15,439 nt of DNA from Candidatus Hydrogenedentota bacterium (GCA_003697085.1 RFFU01000036.1:1-15439), one strand, 5' to 3'; shown: positions 8,159-15,439, numbered from the stretch's first letter. The notes: generated from the sequence alone by a model not told the origin. Made by a program: numbers and translations.

Positions 8159-9634
8159 CTACCGCGGCGTGGCGAAAGCCCGCATCCAGTCCAAACGCTC
8201 CTCCGGCGTCTTCTCGAGGAACTCCGCCACACCTCCCTCCCCTTCCTCGAGCGCCTTCAAGGCGCAAGCGGCGAGATATTCCGCACGATAGATTTCCTCG
8301 TTCTCCGAAAGCACTTCCTGCTTCCAGACCGGCCGCGTCGCGAGGAATTCCGGATCGCTCACCTTTTCGAAATACCGTATTCCCGTGAGGTGGTAATACA
8401 TCTCTCCGTCACGCTCAACCATCGTGCAATCGAGGGGCTGGGTGTTGACAGAGAAACGATATTTTCCGAAGCGAATGATCTTTTCGCCATCCTCGTAAAG
8501 TTCCCGCGCATCGCGGAGTTGGCGCACCGTTTCTTGCTGGAGCGTCTTGAGACGACCGAGGAGATCGTCAGCTTTAACGGAATCACCGAGCGCCTGGAGT
8601 TGTTCCACGAGGTCGCGGACCTTAGCGACCATCCTATCCGATGCGTACCAGGCGTTGAGGTCCTCGAGCGTCCTGAAGGCGGAGGCGCGCGACCGGATGC
8701 CATTGAGAACCCGTTCGGCGGCGGCGTAGAGCGCCTGCGCCCGCCTGTTCCGTTCCTCGACGAGCCGAACCTTACGAGAGGTGAAAGCGGAGGAAATCTC
8801 CTCGCGCTTCTCGACCATCGTTCCGATGAACTCGTCAAAGTCGGCGAACCTCCCCTCCATCTCCTCCAACTGAAGCATAACCTTCGTGAGATTCTCGTCG
8901 CATTTTTCAGGGGTATCGCTGAGGTCGAGGTAATTGGCAACGGATTGGTTGAGGAGTTTCACCTGCGCATTAAAATGGGCGGTGCCCTCCACGCGCGACA
9001 GATCCTTCCGCCGGTTCTTCAAGAGGGCCTTGACCTGGTTGAGGCGCGCGTAGATCGCGGAGATGTCATCGATAATCCGCGTCGCCTCCGTGGCATCCTC
9101 GATCTCGAGATTCCCGACGATCTCGATCAGCATCTCCAACTGAGCCGCGGTCTCCGTAATCCGTTTCTCCAGAGCGTCCGCCTCCGTCACCTTCCCCACT
9201 GCCTCGAGCTCCTTCTTCGCCTCTTCCACACGAGTCGCATACGGATCGAGCGCGCCGTCGGAAAGAAGAAAGGCGACGCATTTTCGGGAAAGATTGTCGG
9301 TCTCTTCGCGGACGCGTTCCTCCAGAGTATCGAGCAGGGCGAGATCGACGTAGCGTAGTTCGCGCGCCGAGATAATCGCCCCCCGGCAGCCGCGCAAGGC
9401 CGCCAAGCGTTCAACAAACACGTCTATCGCCTCGAACGATCCCCGCCGCGCCTCCTCCAACACCTCCTCCGTCCGCCGCTCGATCTCCGCCACGCGATCC
9501 GCCGTCTCCTTCCGAATTCGTCGCACCTTCTCAAACTCCTCGATCGCCGCGCGGGCTGTGTCTCGAATCGCTTCCAACGGCTCTCGAACCCGGAAGGCTC
9601 CGTCCTCCCCCAGCCAAAAGTAGGCGTCAATCAC
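8159..9634 (-). CDS. Hypothetical coiled-coil-rich protein, 491 aa (gene B)
   Basis: Long E/R/K/A/L heptad-like stretches, which suggests a helical or coiled-coil protein. GTG start at 9634 has no SD and lies 27 nt after the gene A stop, so translational coupling is possible. Stop TAG at 8161..8159. It is in the same frame as gene C. Confidence 0.65.
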   Translation of the reverse strand: MIDAYFWLGEDGAFRVREPLEAIRDTARAAIEEFEKVRRIRKETADRVAEIERRTEEVLEEARRGSFEAIDVFVERLAALRGCRGAIISARELRYVDLALLDTLEERVREETDNLSRKCVAFLLSDGALDPYATRVEEAKKELEAVGKVTEADALEKRITETAAQLEMLIEIVGNLEIEDATEATRIIDDISAIYARLNQVKALLKNRRKDLSRVEGTAHFNAQVKLLNQSVANYLDLSDTPEKCDENLTKVMLQLEEMEGRFADFDEFIGTMVEKREEISSAFTSRKVRLVEERNRRAQALYAAAERVLNGIRSRASAFRTLEDLNAWYASDRMVAKVRDLVEQLQALGDSVKADDLLGRLKTLQQETVRQLRDARELYEDGEKIIRFGKYRFSVNTQPLDCTMVERDGEMYYHLTGIRYFEKVSDPEFLATRPVWKQEVLSENEEIYRAEYLAACALKALEEGEGGVAEFLEKTPEERLDWMRAFATPR

Positions 9635-9660
9635 ACCGGTGGGAGACGCACGAGATCAAA

Positions 9661-10965
9661 TTAGAGGTTGGCGTAGGTGTCCTCTTTTTCGATCAGGTTC
9701 AGAACATCGTGACAATCGGCCAAACATCCGACCACAGCCGGATTGCTGATCTTGTAGAGGTAGGAATCCGTCTTTTCCTCCAGCACAACGTTCGGACCGA
9801 CGTACGGAGTCCGCCAGACCTGGAGCAGGTGATGTTTCCGCGGCTCATTTTCGCCCTTGAAGAGAACCATCTCCCCAGTATCAAAAAGCGTGAAACCGTT
9901 GCACACGATGGGCGTCTCCAGCCTCTGTTCGACTCGGTTGTACGAAAGAAGGACATAGACCCCCGAGGCGCGATTGTAGAAGACGCAGAGGAAATCCTCG
10001 CCGTTCCGCGCCTCGATCCGGCGAGAATACACCATCCCCGACAGCTCATCCTCGAATACCTTGTGCTCGCCTGTCTGGAGATAGTATCTGTTGTGAAAGA
10101 TGATCCCCCGCCCGTCCGGCAAGAGAACACAGGACTCGCCGATTTGATCGATCCGCTGGACCTCCTGGAGTTTCTCGTTGAAAACGAGGTACCGAAACTC
10201 CTTCTCTTGAAAAGGACGAATCTTCATCAGGATGAGATGCCCGAGGATGGCGTAGTAGATTTCGGCGTCGTCGAGCGTCTGATCGGGATCCAAAACGGGT
10301 TCGGAATAGATTCCTTCGCCGGTCTCCGTATTGTCTTCCACCTTGACCGTCAGGTCTCCTCCGACCGTTTCGACGAAGACACGATCTTCAATCGAGATGT
10401 GCGGATGGGTGCCGTAACGGTGAAAATCGCGAATCACGCGCTTCCATTCAAACTCGTGCGGCGGGGGGAAGTGATACTCGTGATCAAAGCGGTTGCCGAG
10501 ATAGCGAATTCCTTCCTCCGTCACCGCCCACTTGAAGCACTTGAGGTCATCGATGTCCCTTCCCACTTGAAAAGCCATATAGAGAAAATCGTCCATCCGA
10601 CGAAAATCCGAAAAGACCGTCTCTCGATAATACTTATAGAGTTCGGCGAAATCGCGTCCAAATTCCGGATCACAAATCGGATCCAGGTCCCGCGGCACGA
10701 ATTTCCGATCCGCGAATTCGTACACGGCGAAGACATCTTCCAATTTCACCTCCCGCTTCAGGCCCATTCTCACGTTATAACCGAAGAGAAAACGGTCCCC
10801 TCCAAGAAGCACCATATCGCGTGGACTACAGTTGTACTTGGTGGTAATGCGTTCGGTCGAGACGAGGGCGAATTCGATCGAGCCGAAGACGCGCTTGCGC
10901 TCCGCATTGAGCCGTTCGACGCGGCGGCGCAATTCCGCCCCGTGTTCGAGAAGCCGTTTCCGCAA
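9661..10965 (-). CDS. Hypothetical protein, 434 aa, beta-rich C-terminal half (gene A); possible N-terminal extension to ATG 11209 if a frameshift sits at the G8 tract
   Basis: Open frame with ordinary composition and no recognisable catalytic motif. The annotated start TTG 10965 lacks an SD. The frame is open upstream to 11115 and reads ...TPEGIEAGTYEILRKRLLEHG..., which looks protein-like. Stop TAA at 9663..9661. Confidence 0.65.
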   Translation of the reverse strand: MRKRLLEHGAELRRRVERLNAERKRVFGSIEFALVSTERITTKYNCSPRDMVLLGGDRFLFGYNVRMGLKREVKLEDVFAVYEFADRKFVPRDLDPICDPEFGRDFAELYKYYRETVFSDFRRMDDFLYMAFQVGRDIDDLKCFKWAVTEEGIRYLGNRFDHEYHFPPPHEFEWKRVIRDFHRYGTHPHISIEDRVFVETVGGDLTVKVEDNTETGEGIYSEPVLDPDQTLDDAEIYYAILGHLILMKIRPFQEKEFRYLVFNEKLQEVQRIDQIGESCVLLPDGRGIIFHNRYYLQTGEHKVFEDELSGMVYSRRIEARNGEDFLCVFYNRASGVYVLLSYNRVEQRLETPIVCNGFTLFDTGEMVLFKGENEPRKHHLLQVWRTPYVGPNVVLEEKTDSYLYKISNPAVVGCLADCHDVLNLIEKEDTYANL

Positions 10966-11088
10966 AATTTCGTATGTTCCCGCCTCGATCCCCTCGGGAG
11001 TTGCGGGCCCTGGTCCCGCTTCCGACCCCGCCCCCTCCTCGCCGGCGTCGCGCTGAACGGGAAGCCTCGTGGAAACGCTTGACGCAGG

Positions 11089-11096
11089 CCCCCCCC
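11089..11096 (-). repeat. C8 (plus strand) / G8 (minus strand) homopolymer at the junction of two overlapping minus-strand frames
   Basis: ggcc-cccccc-gaac. The frame starting at ATG 11209 (MAEEKEMADRSEPAG...) and the gene A frame differ by +1 across this run. Confidence 0.6.
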
Positions 11097-11224
11097 GAAC
11101 CAGGGCTCTCTCCGGCTAACCCGTCTCCCGCCCCGGCCGGGCCGGTCTTGGAAGTCGAGGTATTTCCGGCGGGTTCGGACCGGTCCGCCATCTCTTTCTC
11201 TTCAGCCATCTTCCGGGCGCGTTT

Positions 11225-11254
11225 CCGGAACGGAGATTCCCGCGAGCGTTCCGG
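11225..11254 (-). other. Hairpin (8-bp stem ccggaacg/cgttccgg, 14-nt loop) immediately after the flotillin stop codon; overlaps the palindromic 12-mer gtttccggaaac. No U-tract, so not a canonical intrinsic terminator.
   Basis: Stem arms at 11225-11232 and 11247-11254, read from the sequence. The flanks are GC-rich, not T-rich. Confidence 0.35.
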
Positions 11255-13273
11255 CTAGGCCTCGGCCCCCCCAAGGAACTCGCCGACGATCTCGGAACCG
11301 ATCCCGGCCTTCTCGGCGTGCTCCGCAAGCGTCTTCAAACCGGCTCGAACGTCGTCCGAATCAGCCAAGGCCGTCAGTTTCGCCAAAGCAGCGGCGACGC
11401 TGAGGTTCTTGAGGTCGGCCGTGGAAAGGCCGAACTGATCGCACCACTTCCGGATCTGGCGGCGAAAGTATCCGGGGTCGGAGCGGAAGAAGGTTCCCTT
11501 GATGTCTCCCAGGACGCGGCTGCTTCCAACAGTGCGGTCCACCGCCTTGCCCGCCGTGATGGCGTTGACGATCTTGTCGAAGAAGGCCGTCTCGCCGCCG
11601 ACGATATCGACCTTGGCGTTCTTGAGCGCTTCGGCCACGACGGCCGCCTGCGCTTCGGCGATGTCCTTCCGGATCTGGATTTCGGCCAAGGCGATTTCCT
11701 TCTCGATGTTCGCGCGGATCTTGAACTCCTCGTGTTCGCGGCCTGATTCATTGAAGAGTTTCATCGCTTCGGCCTTCTTCGTGATCCCGTCCGCGTCCGC
11801 CTCGAACTTCAAGCGCATCACCGTGGCTTCGGCCGTTCCCTGTTTTTCGGTCGCAACAGCTTTGGCCTCGAGAACTTGCGCCTCGGCCAGTCCCGGCGCG
11901 GCGGTCTCGGCCGTGATCCCCTCCGCCAGGGCCTTTTTTTCGGCAGCAAGCTTCACGTTCGCGTTCTGCTCTCCTTCCGCTTCGATGACCTTCTTCTGCG
12001 CGATAAGTTCGGCGGCGCGGCGCTGCGCTTCCGCGGCCTTGACCTGTTTCACCAACTCCTGTTCCGCATCCGCCTTCGCAAGCGTAATCGCGACCTTCTT
12101 CTCACGTTCCGCCGTCGCGAACTCCTCCGTATCCTTCACCCTCTGCTCCTCCGCCACGACCTCCTTCTGCACCGCCACTCTCTGGCGTATCACTTCCTGA
12201 ATGTTCTTTTTCTCGATCTCGACAGCCTTCTGCTTCTCAATGTCATTCAGGGTCACGACCTTCTCGCGCTCAATATCCTCCAGCTGGCGTTCCTTCTGAA
12301 CGCGAACCTGCTCGACCGCGTCCGTCCGCTCTTTGTTCCGCTGCGCCACAATGATCTGGTGGAGTTTGTTCTGCTCGGCCACCTGCACCTCTTCCTCCGT
12401 CGCGATGCGTGACTTTTCCGCCTTCAGGCGTTCCTCCTGTTAAATCCGAATTGTTTCCGCTTCCTCGCGCGCCTTGATCGCCGCCACCTCGCGCTTCTGT
12501 TTCTCCTCCGCTTCCGCCAACTGGCGATTTTGCTCCAAGATCATCTCACGCGTCTCGACATTCTTTTTGTTGATGTCGCGTTCTTTGTTCCGCTGGAATT
12601 CGTTCGTCAACACGGCCTGCGCCGCCGTCCGCTCGGTTATCAACTTGATCCCTTCCGCATCGAGAACATTTTCGGGATCGAGGTCCTCGATCTTGGTCTG
12701 TTCGAGAAGGTCGATCGCGGCATCGTCGAGGATATAGCCATTGAGGTCGGTTCCGACGGCCTTGAGGATCGCTTCACGAAAGGCCTTCCGCTTGTTCAGA
12801 AGATCCTCGAAGTTAAACTCACGCCCCGCCGTCTTCAGTGCATCCGAAAACTTCGGCTCGAAGAGTTCCGAAAGAACCTGGGGATCCGAGGCACGCTGGC
12901 ATCCGATCGTCTGCGCCACATGCTTGATCATCTCTTGATCCTCGCTCTCCACCCGGACGTAAAAGGTGACCTGAATGTCCGCTCGAAGGCTATCGCGACA
13001 GATCAACCCCGTCGGCCCGTGACGGTGAATCACGACTTCCTTGACGGAGATATCCATTACCTCCAGGCGATGGACGATCGGAAGTACAAAAATGCCGCCG
13101 GCCGTGGCAACCTTGATCCCGCCCAGCCCCGTGCGTACCAGGGCCTGTCCCTGACGGGGGATTCGTTAAGTCCACCCGACGATAAGACGAATGATTCCAT
13201 AGAGGACGGTAAAAAGAACAAGCCCTCCAAAGAGATACCCGACAATCGACAATACGGATAGAAATGCACCCAT
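11255..13273 (-). pseudogene. Flotillin-family (SPFH/band-7) gene interrupted by two in-frame TAA codons (13168..13166 and 12442..12440); the frame is otherwise intact over 672 codons
   Basis: N-terminal membrane anchor MGAFLSVLSIVGYLFGGLVLFTVLYGIIRLIVGWT, then TAA. Next comes RIPRQGQALVRTGLGGIKVATAGGIFVLPIVHRLEV-MDISVKEVV..., which matches the flotillin/FloT pattern (GPDEALIVTG...GGGTFVLP), followed by SPFH-domain sequence (ADIQVTFYVRV...). Then TAA, then a long EA-rich flotillin-type C-terminal region (QEERLKAEKSRIATEEEVQVAEQNKLHQIIVAQRNKE...AEAQRRAAELIAQKK...) ending in TAG at 11257..11255. Strong SD GGGAGGGG at 13279..13286, 5 nt before the ATG at 13273. All three segments share frame (top coordinate = 1 mod 3), verified codon by codon. 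Confidence 0.75.
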
Positions 13274-13573
13274 CGATACCCCTCCCAAAAGAGAAAATCT
13301 TTTTCTAAATCACATCGCAGCGCAACGGTAACATCGTGCCGTTTTCCCGGCACCCCCTTTCCTCGAATTCGGATGCGTGGCGAAAAAGGATACCTTTTGC
13401 CGGATCGGGTCGGTCAACTCTTGGGCGAAACCCCGCATCGGATCGGGGCGGCCGAAAGGTGATCCTCTACGAAGCCGTTTTTTCAGACCTGCCTACGAGA
13501 AGACCCAGACGGAGCGCCATTGCTGAGAGTGCTGGTTCTCCAACCTGCGGAGGGCGGTTCGGTGCTTCGCAGA

Positions 13574-13658
13574 CTAGAAGCGGTTTCATAAGGCTCCCTT
13601 CCTCCTTGATAATGCAGGAGTTCCGAGGCCGTAACGGTACTTATGAAACCGCTTCTAG
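13574..13658. repeat. Perfect 19-bp inverted repeat (ctagaagcggtttcataag / cttatgaaaccgcttctag) with a 47-nt spacer that itself holds a small ctcct/aggag hairpin; lies in the flotillin-adhesin divergent non-coding region
   Basis: Arms at 13574-13592 and 13640-13658 are exact reverse complements. They do not extend past the arms. Confidence 0.75.
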
Positions 13659-13731
13659 AGAGTCTAGGCTCCATCGTGGAACGGAGATGGTGCGCGTGGG
13701 AGATTCCTCGTCAGCCTCCGGCCTCCTCGGA

Positions 13732-13771
13732 ATGACACCAGGGGGGGAGCGAAGCGACACCCTGGTGTCAT
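13732..13771. other. Stable GC-rich hairpin: 13-bp stem (atgacaccagggg / cccctggtgtcat) with a 14-nt loop gggagcgaagcgac; no adjacent U-tract
   Basis: Arms at 13732-13744 and 13759-13771 are exact complements. Confidence 0.65.
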
Positions 13772-14092
13772 CTCGAGTTCGCCGCAAAACGAACGAGGAA
13801 TCCCCTCCCCACGGTATCCCGAGCGAAGGGCAACGGCAAGGGCAAGAAAAAGGGAATAAGAAACCTGTCCTGAGGGCGCATGCCTGCCTACCCGCGGCCG
13901 GACATCTTGCCTGCGGATGGTGGTCCACAGCGCGGCGGGTGAGCGCGGACTCTCCAGTCCGCGGGCAGAAGTGTGCCCTCCGGGCCGGCTTCGAGCCGCA
14001 GCGGATCCGAATCACCCGTCCGAGAGCGGAAGTGTGTGTTCTCTCATTTTCTCCGTGTCGCCACCTCCCTGCCGAATTTTGTGCACATCGGT

Positions 14093-14125
14093 TCCAGTCT
14101 TAAACATTAATTTCCAATAATTCCT
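14093..14125 (+). promoter_or_regulatory. AT-rich island in otherwise GC-rich DNA, 75-105 bp upstream of the adhesin-like gene; candidate promoter (AATAAT -10-like at 14116-14121; weak -35)
   Basis: cagtcttaaacattaatttccaataattcc. The composition is anomalous locally, but no good sigma-70 -35/-10 pair with 17-bp spacing is present. Confidence 0.25.
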
Positions 14126-14197
14126 CTCCGCCATCCCGCCGATGAAATAACCCTACTCATCGAAACAGACCAGGAACGTGCAGGAGGAGAGGTTTTC

Positions 14198-15439
14198 GTG
14201 TCAGAGAAAGGGGATTGTCACCCGCCGCGATTTATCGGGGCCCTTTTTCGGACACGAGAACTACGCCTGCTTCTCTTCTTCGGGGGCCTTCTCTTTGGAA
14301 CTCATCCCGCGGTGAGGGCCGAGGTTCGGTCCCACGTATTGTGGCCTCCCCCGGGAGCGATCGTGAATGACACCGTCGTCGTCCGCTGGACGGCGACCTA
14401 CTCCGGCGGCGACGTGGGAGGCGACACGCGCTTCGGAGTCCTGAGGAATTTCGAAAACATCGACGGGATCAAGGCCTCGGGCAATCCGCCGGGCGGAGAC
14501 CCGCCGCCGGACAGCACCGTTCCCGTAACCGGCCCGGGCAGCACCCATCTCTGGAACACGCGCGAGGTTCCGGACGGCATCTGGCATCCAAACATCTTCA
14601 TTCGGGAAGGTAATGCCGCCGGAGACGACTACGACGGCGATACGGAGGGCCCGGAAGTTCTCGTGGACAACACGCCGCCGTGGATCACGGAGATGGATCT
14701 CACCGGTTGGGACGGATTACCGTTCGTGCAGGGGAAACCCGGGGACACGGCGCGGATCGAGGCGCGGGTCGCGGCTCAGGGCGCGCCCCTGGATACGACG
14801 AGCGTTCTTCTGACGCTTCCCAACGGGACGACGATGTTGATGGGAGACACGGGGAACTACGGGGATCGCTTCGCCAATGATTCGGTCTTCACGGCGATCT
14901 TCACGCTCTCCGACTCTCCAACGGGAACCTATCAGATCACGGTCACGGTGCGGGACACCTTTCCCACGATGCCTGTTTCGAACATTCGTACGGCCTCCGA
15001 AGGATTCTTTCTCGACAACGACACGGCGACGATTCTTTACATCACAACGACCGACCCGGACACGATCTACCGAAACGGGCAAACGATCACCTTTCAAGTC
15101 TTCGCGGACACGAACGCCTCCGGGCCCGGCGAGAGCGGTTTGACCGTTACAGCGAACTTTCTCAATGTCGATGACCGGTACATCCAAAACGCCGAGGTCT
15201 TCTCGGACGACGGAAGCGGCACGTATACCGTCCGCTACACGATCTCCCTGAACAACACTCTTCCCAACGGCAACGACAGCCGCATCATCGTGCGGGTTGA
15301 GGACGCCGTCGGAAATTTCGACACGGAGATCTGGCTCGTTTCGCTCGACAACTCCGGCCCCACGATGGATTCGCTCGTCATCTCCGATCTCCAGATCGGA
15401 ACCGATTCGGCCTTCGACCAATTGTTGAACGACAACGAC
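14198..15439 (+). CDS. Secreted surface/adhesin-like protein with tandem Ig/cadherin-like beta-sandwich repeats (partial; runs off the 3' end of the window)
   Basis: This frame (start coordinate = 2 mod 3) is open from 14111 to the window end and is absent from the ORF track because it has no stop. GTG start at 14198 follows SD AGGAGGAGAGG (14182..14192) with a 5-nt spacer. Signal-peptide-like N-terminus RTRELRLLLFFGGLLFGTHPAVRA-EV. Repeated boundary motifs VDNTPPWI, LDNDTATI, LDNSGPTM. T/S/D/N-rich strands (GTYQITVTVRD, GTYTVRYTISL) are typical of bacterial Ig-like/cadherin-like adhesin domains. Confidence 0.75.
   Translation, partial: MSEKGDCHPPRFIGALFRTRELRLLLFFGGLLFGTHPAVRAEVRSHVLWPPPGAIVNDTVVVRWTATYSGGDVGGDTRFGVLRNFENIDGIKASGNPPGGDPPPDSTVPVTGPGSTHLWNTREVPDGIWHPNIFIREGNAAGDDYDGDTEGPEVLVDNTPPWITEMDLTGWDGLPFVQGKPGDTARIEARVAAQGAPLDTTSVLLTLPNGTTMLMGDTGNYGDRFANDSVFTAIFTLSDSPTGTYQITVTVRDTFPTMPVSNIRTASEGFFLDNDTATILYITTTDPDTIYRNGQTITFQVFADTNASGPGESGLTVTANFLNVDDRYIQNAEVFSDDGSGTYTVRYTISLNNTLPNGNDSRIIVRVEDAVGNFDTEIWLVSLDNSGPTMDSLVISDLQIGTDSAFDQLLNDND

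Noticed and set aside
4943-9358. 1471-aa plus-strand ORF spanning the cassette
   Set aside because: Antisense to genes D, C and B, which have clear Walker motifs and SD/overlap signals on the minus strand. R/P/L-rich and motif-free, so a long open frame arising by chance in high-GC sequence.
9709-11082. 457-aa plus-strand ORF
   Set aside because: Antisense to gene A. Composition is artefactual and it has no RBS.
11225-11254. Rho-independent terminator after flotillin
   Set aside because: The hairpin is present but lacks a following U-tract on either strand, so it is recorded only as a hairpin or palindromic motif.
11499-13261. Plus-strand ORFs 11499..12200 (233 aa), 11876..12412 (178 aa) and 12530..13261 (243 aa)
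   Set aside because: Antisense to the flotillin frame, whose homology to FloT/YqiK-type proteins is unambiguous. The 11499 and 11876 ORFs are A/S- or L/R-rich.
11255-13273. Idea that TAA is a reassigned sense codon (alternative genetic code)
   Set aside because: TAA terminates gene A (9663..9661). TGA and TAG terminate the other well-supported genes, with downstream frames closing quickly. Two nonsense alleles or errors are more parsimonious than recoding.
13336-14103. 255-aa plus ORF and minus ORFs 13483..13674 and 13641..14015 in the divergent region
   Set aside because: R/S/G/P-rich, no SD, and they overlap long palindromes. The region is better explained as non-coding regulatory or structured RNA.
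13274-14197. tRNA/tmRNA/SRP/RNase P or c-di-GMP/TPP riboswitch in the long leader
   Set aside because: No GGTTCGANTCC-type T-loop with acceptor pairing, no tmRNA or 4.5S conserved blocks, and no GEMM (ACGCAAAGCC) or TPP (CUGAGA with flanking pairing) signatures. A structured RNA is still possible but no known family is recognisable by eye.
14717-15421. 234-aa minus-strand ORF
   Set aside because: Antisense to the open, signal-peptide-bearing plus frame with adhesin-like repeats. D/R/V-rich mirror composition.
1-15439. CRISPR arrays, insertion sequences or integrases
   Set aside because: No regularly spaced direct repeats. No transposase or integrase-like ORF (no DDE or tyrosine-recombinase R..H..R..Y signatures) and no terminal inverted repeats flanking a coding region.

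Overview
High-GC bacterial chromosomal segment. Every well-supported gene from 90 to 13273 lies on the minus strand in one co-directional array. Reading 5'->3' on the minus strand: (1) a flotillin (SPFH/band-7) gene, 13273->11255, whose frame is otherwise intact but carries two in-frame TAA codons; (2) an uncharacterised four-gene cassette: gene A 10965->9661, gene B 9634->8159, gene C 8101->5192 (a 969-aa MoxR/AAA_5-type ATPase with a long N-terminal extension and an ER-rich helical linker), and gene D 5199->4423 (C and D overlap as ATGGCTGA, with a strong SD); (3) a ~330-bp spacer that is ~85% purine on the plus strand; (4) a 1332-aa polytopic membrane protein, 4088->90, made of two homologous TM blocks, a spermidine-synthase-like domain and a C-terminal metallo-beta-lactamase-fold domain. 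A ~920-bp structured non-coding region (13274-14197) contains a 19-bp perfect inverted repeat with a 47-nt spacer and a 13-bp hairpin. It separates the flotillin from a divergently transcribed, signal-peptide-bearing Ig/cadherin-like repeat protein that runs off the 3' end (14198->15439, plus strand). I found no rRNA, tRNA, CRISPR array, transposase or integrase. The long plus-strand ORFs in the track (159..2138, 4943..9358, 9709..11082 and others) are Arg/Pro/Ser-rich antisense artefacts of high GC. The most interesting candidates are the AAA_5-centred cassette downstream of the interrupted flotillin (no named system recognised from sequence alone), the in-frame stop-codon interruptions (two TAA in the flotillin, one TAG between genes B and C), and the unusual membrane/MTase-like/MBL fusion. 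All coordinates and motifs below were read by hand from the sequence. No database search was possible, so family names are motif-based.
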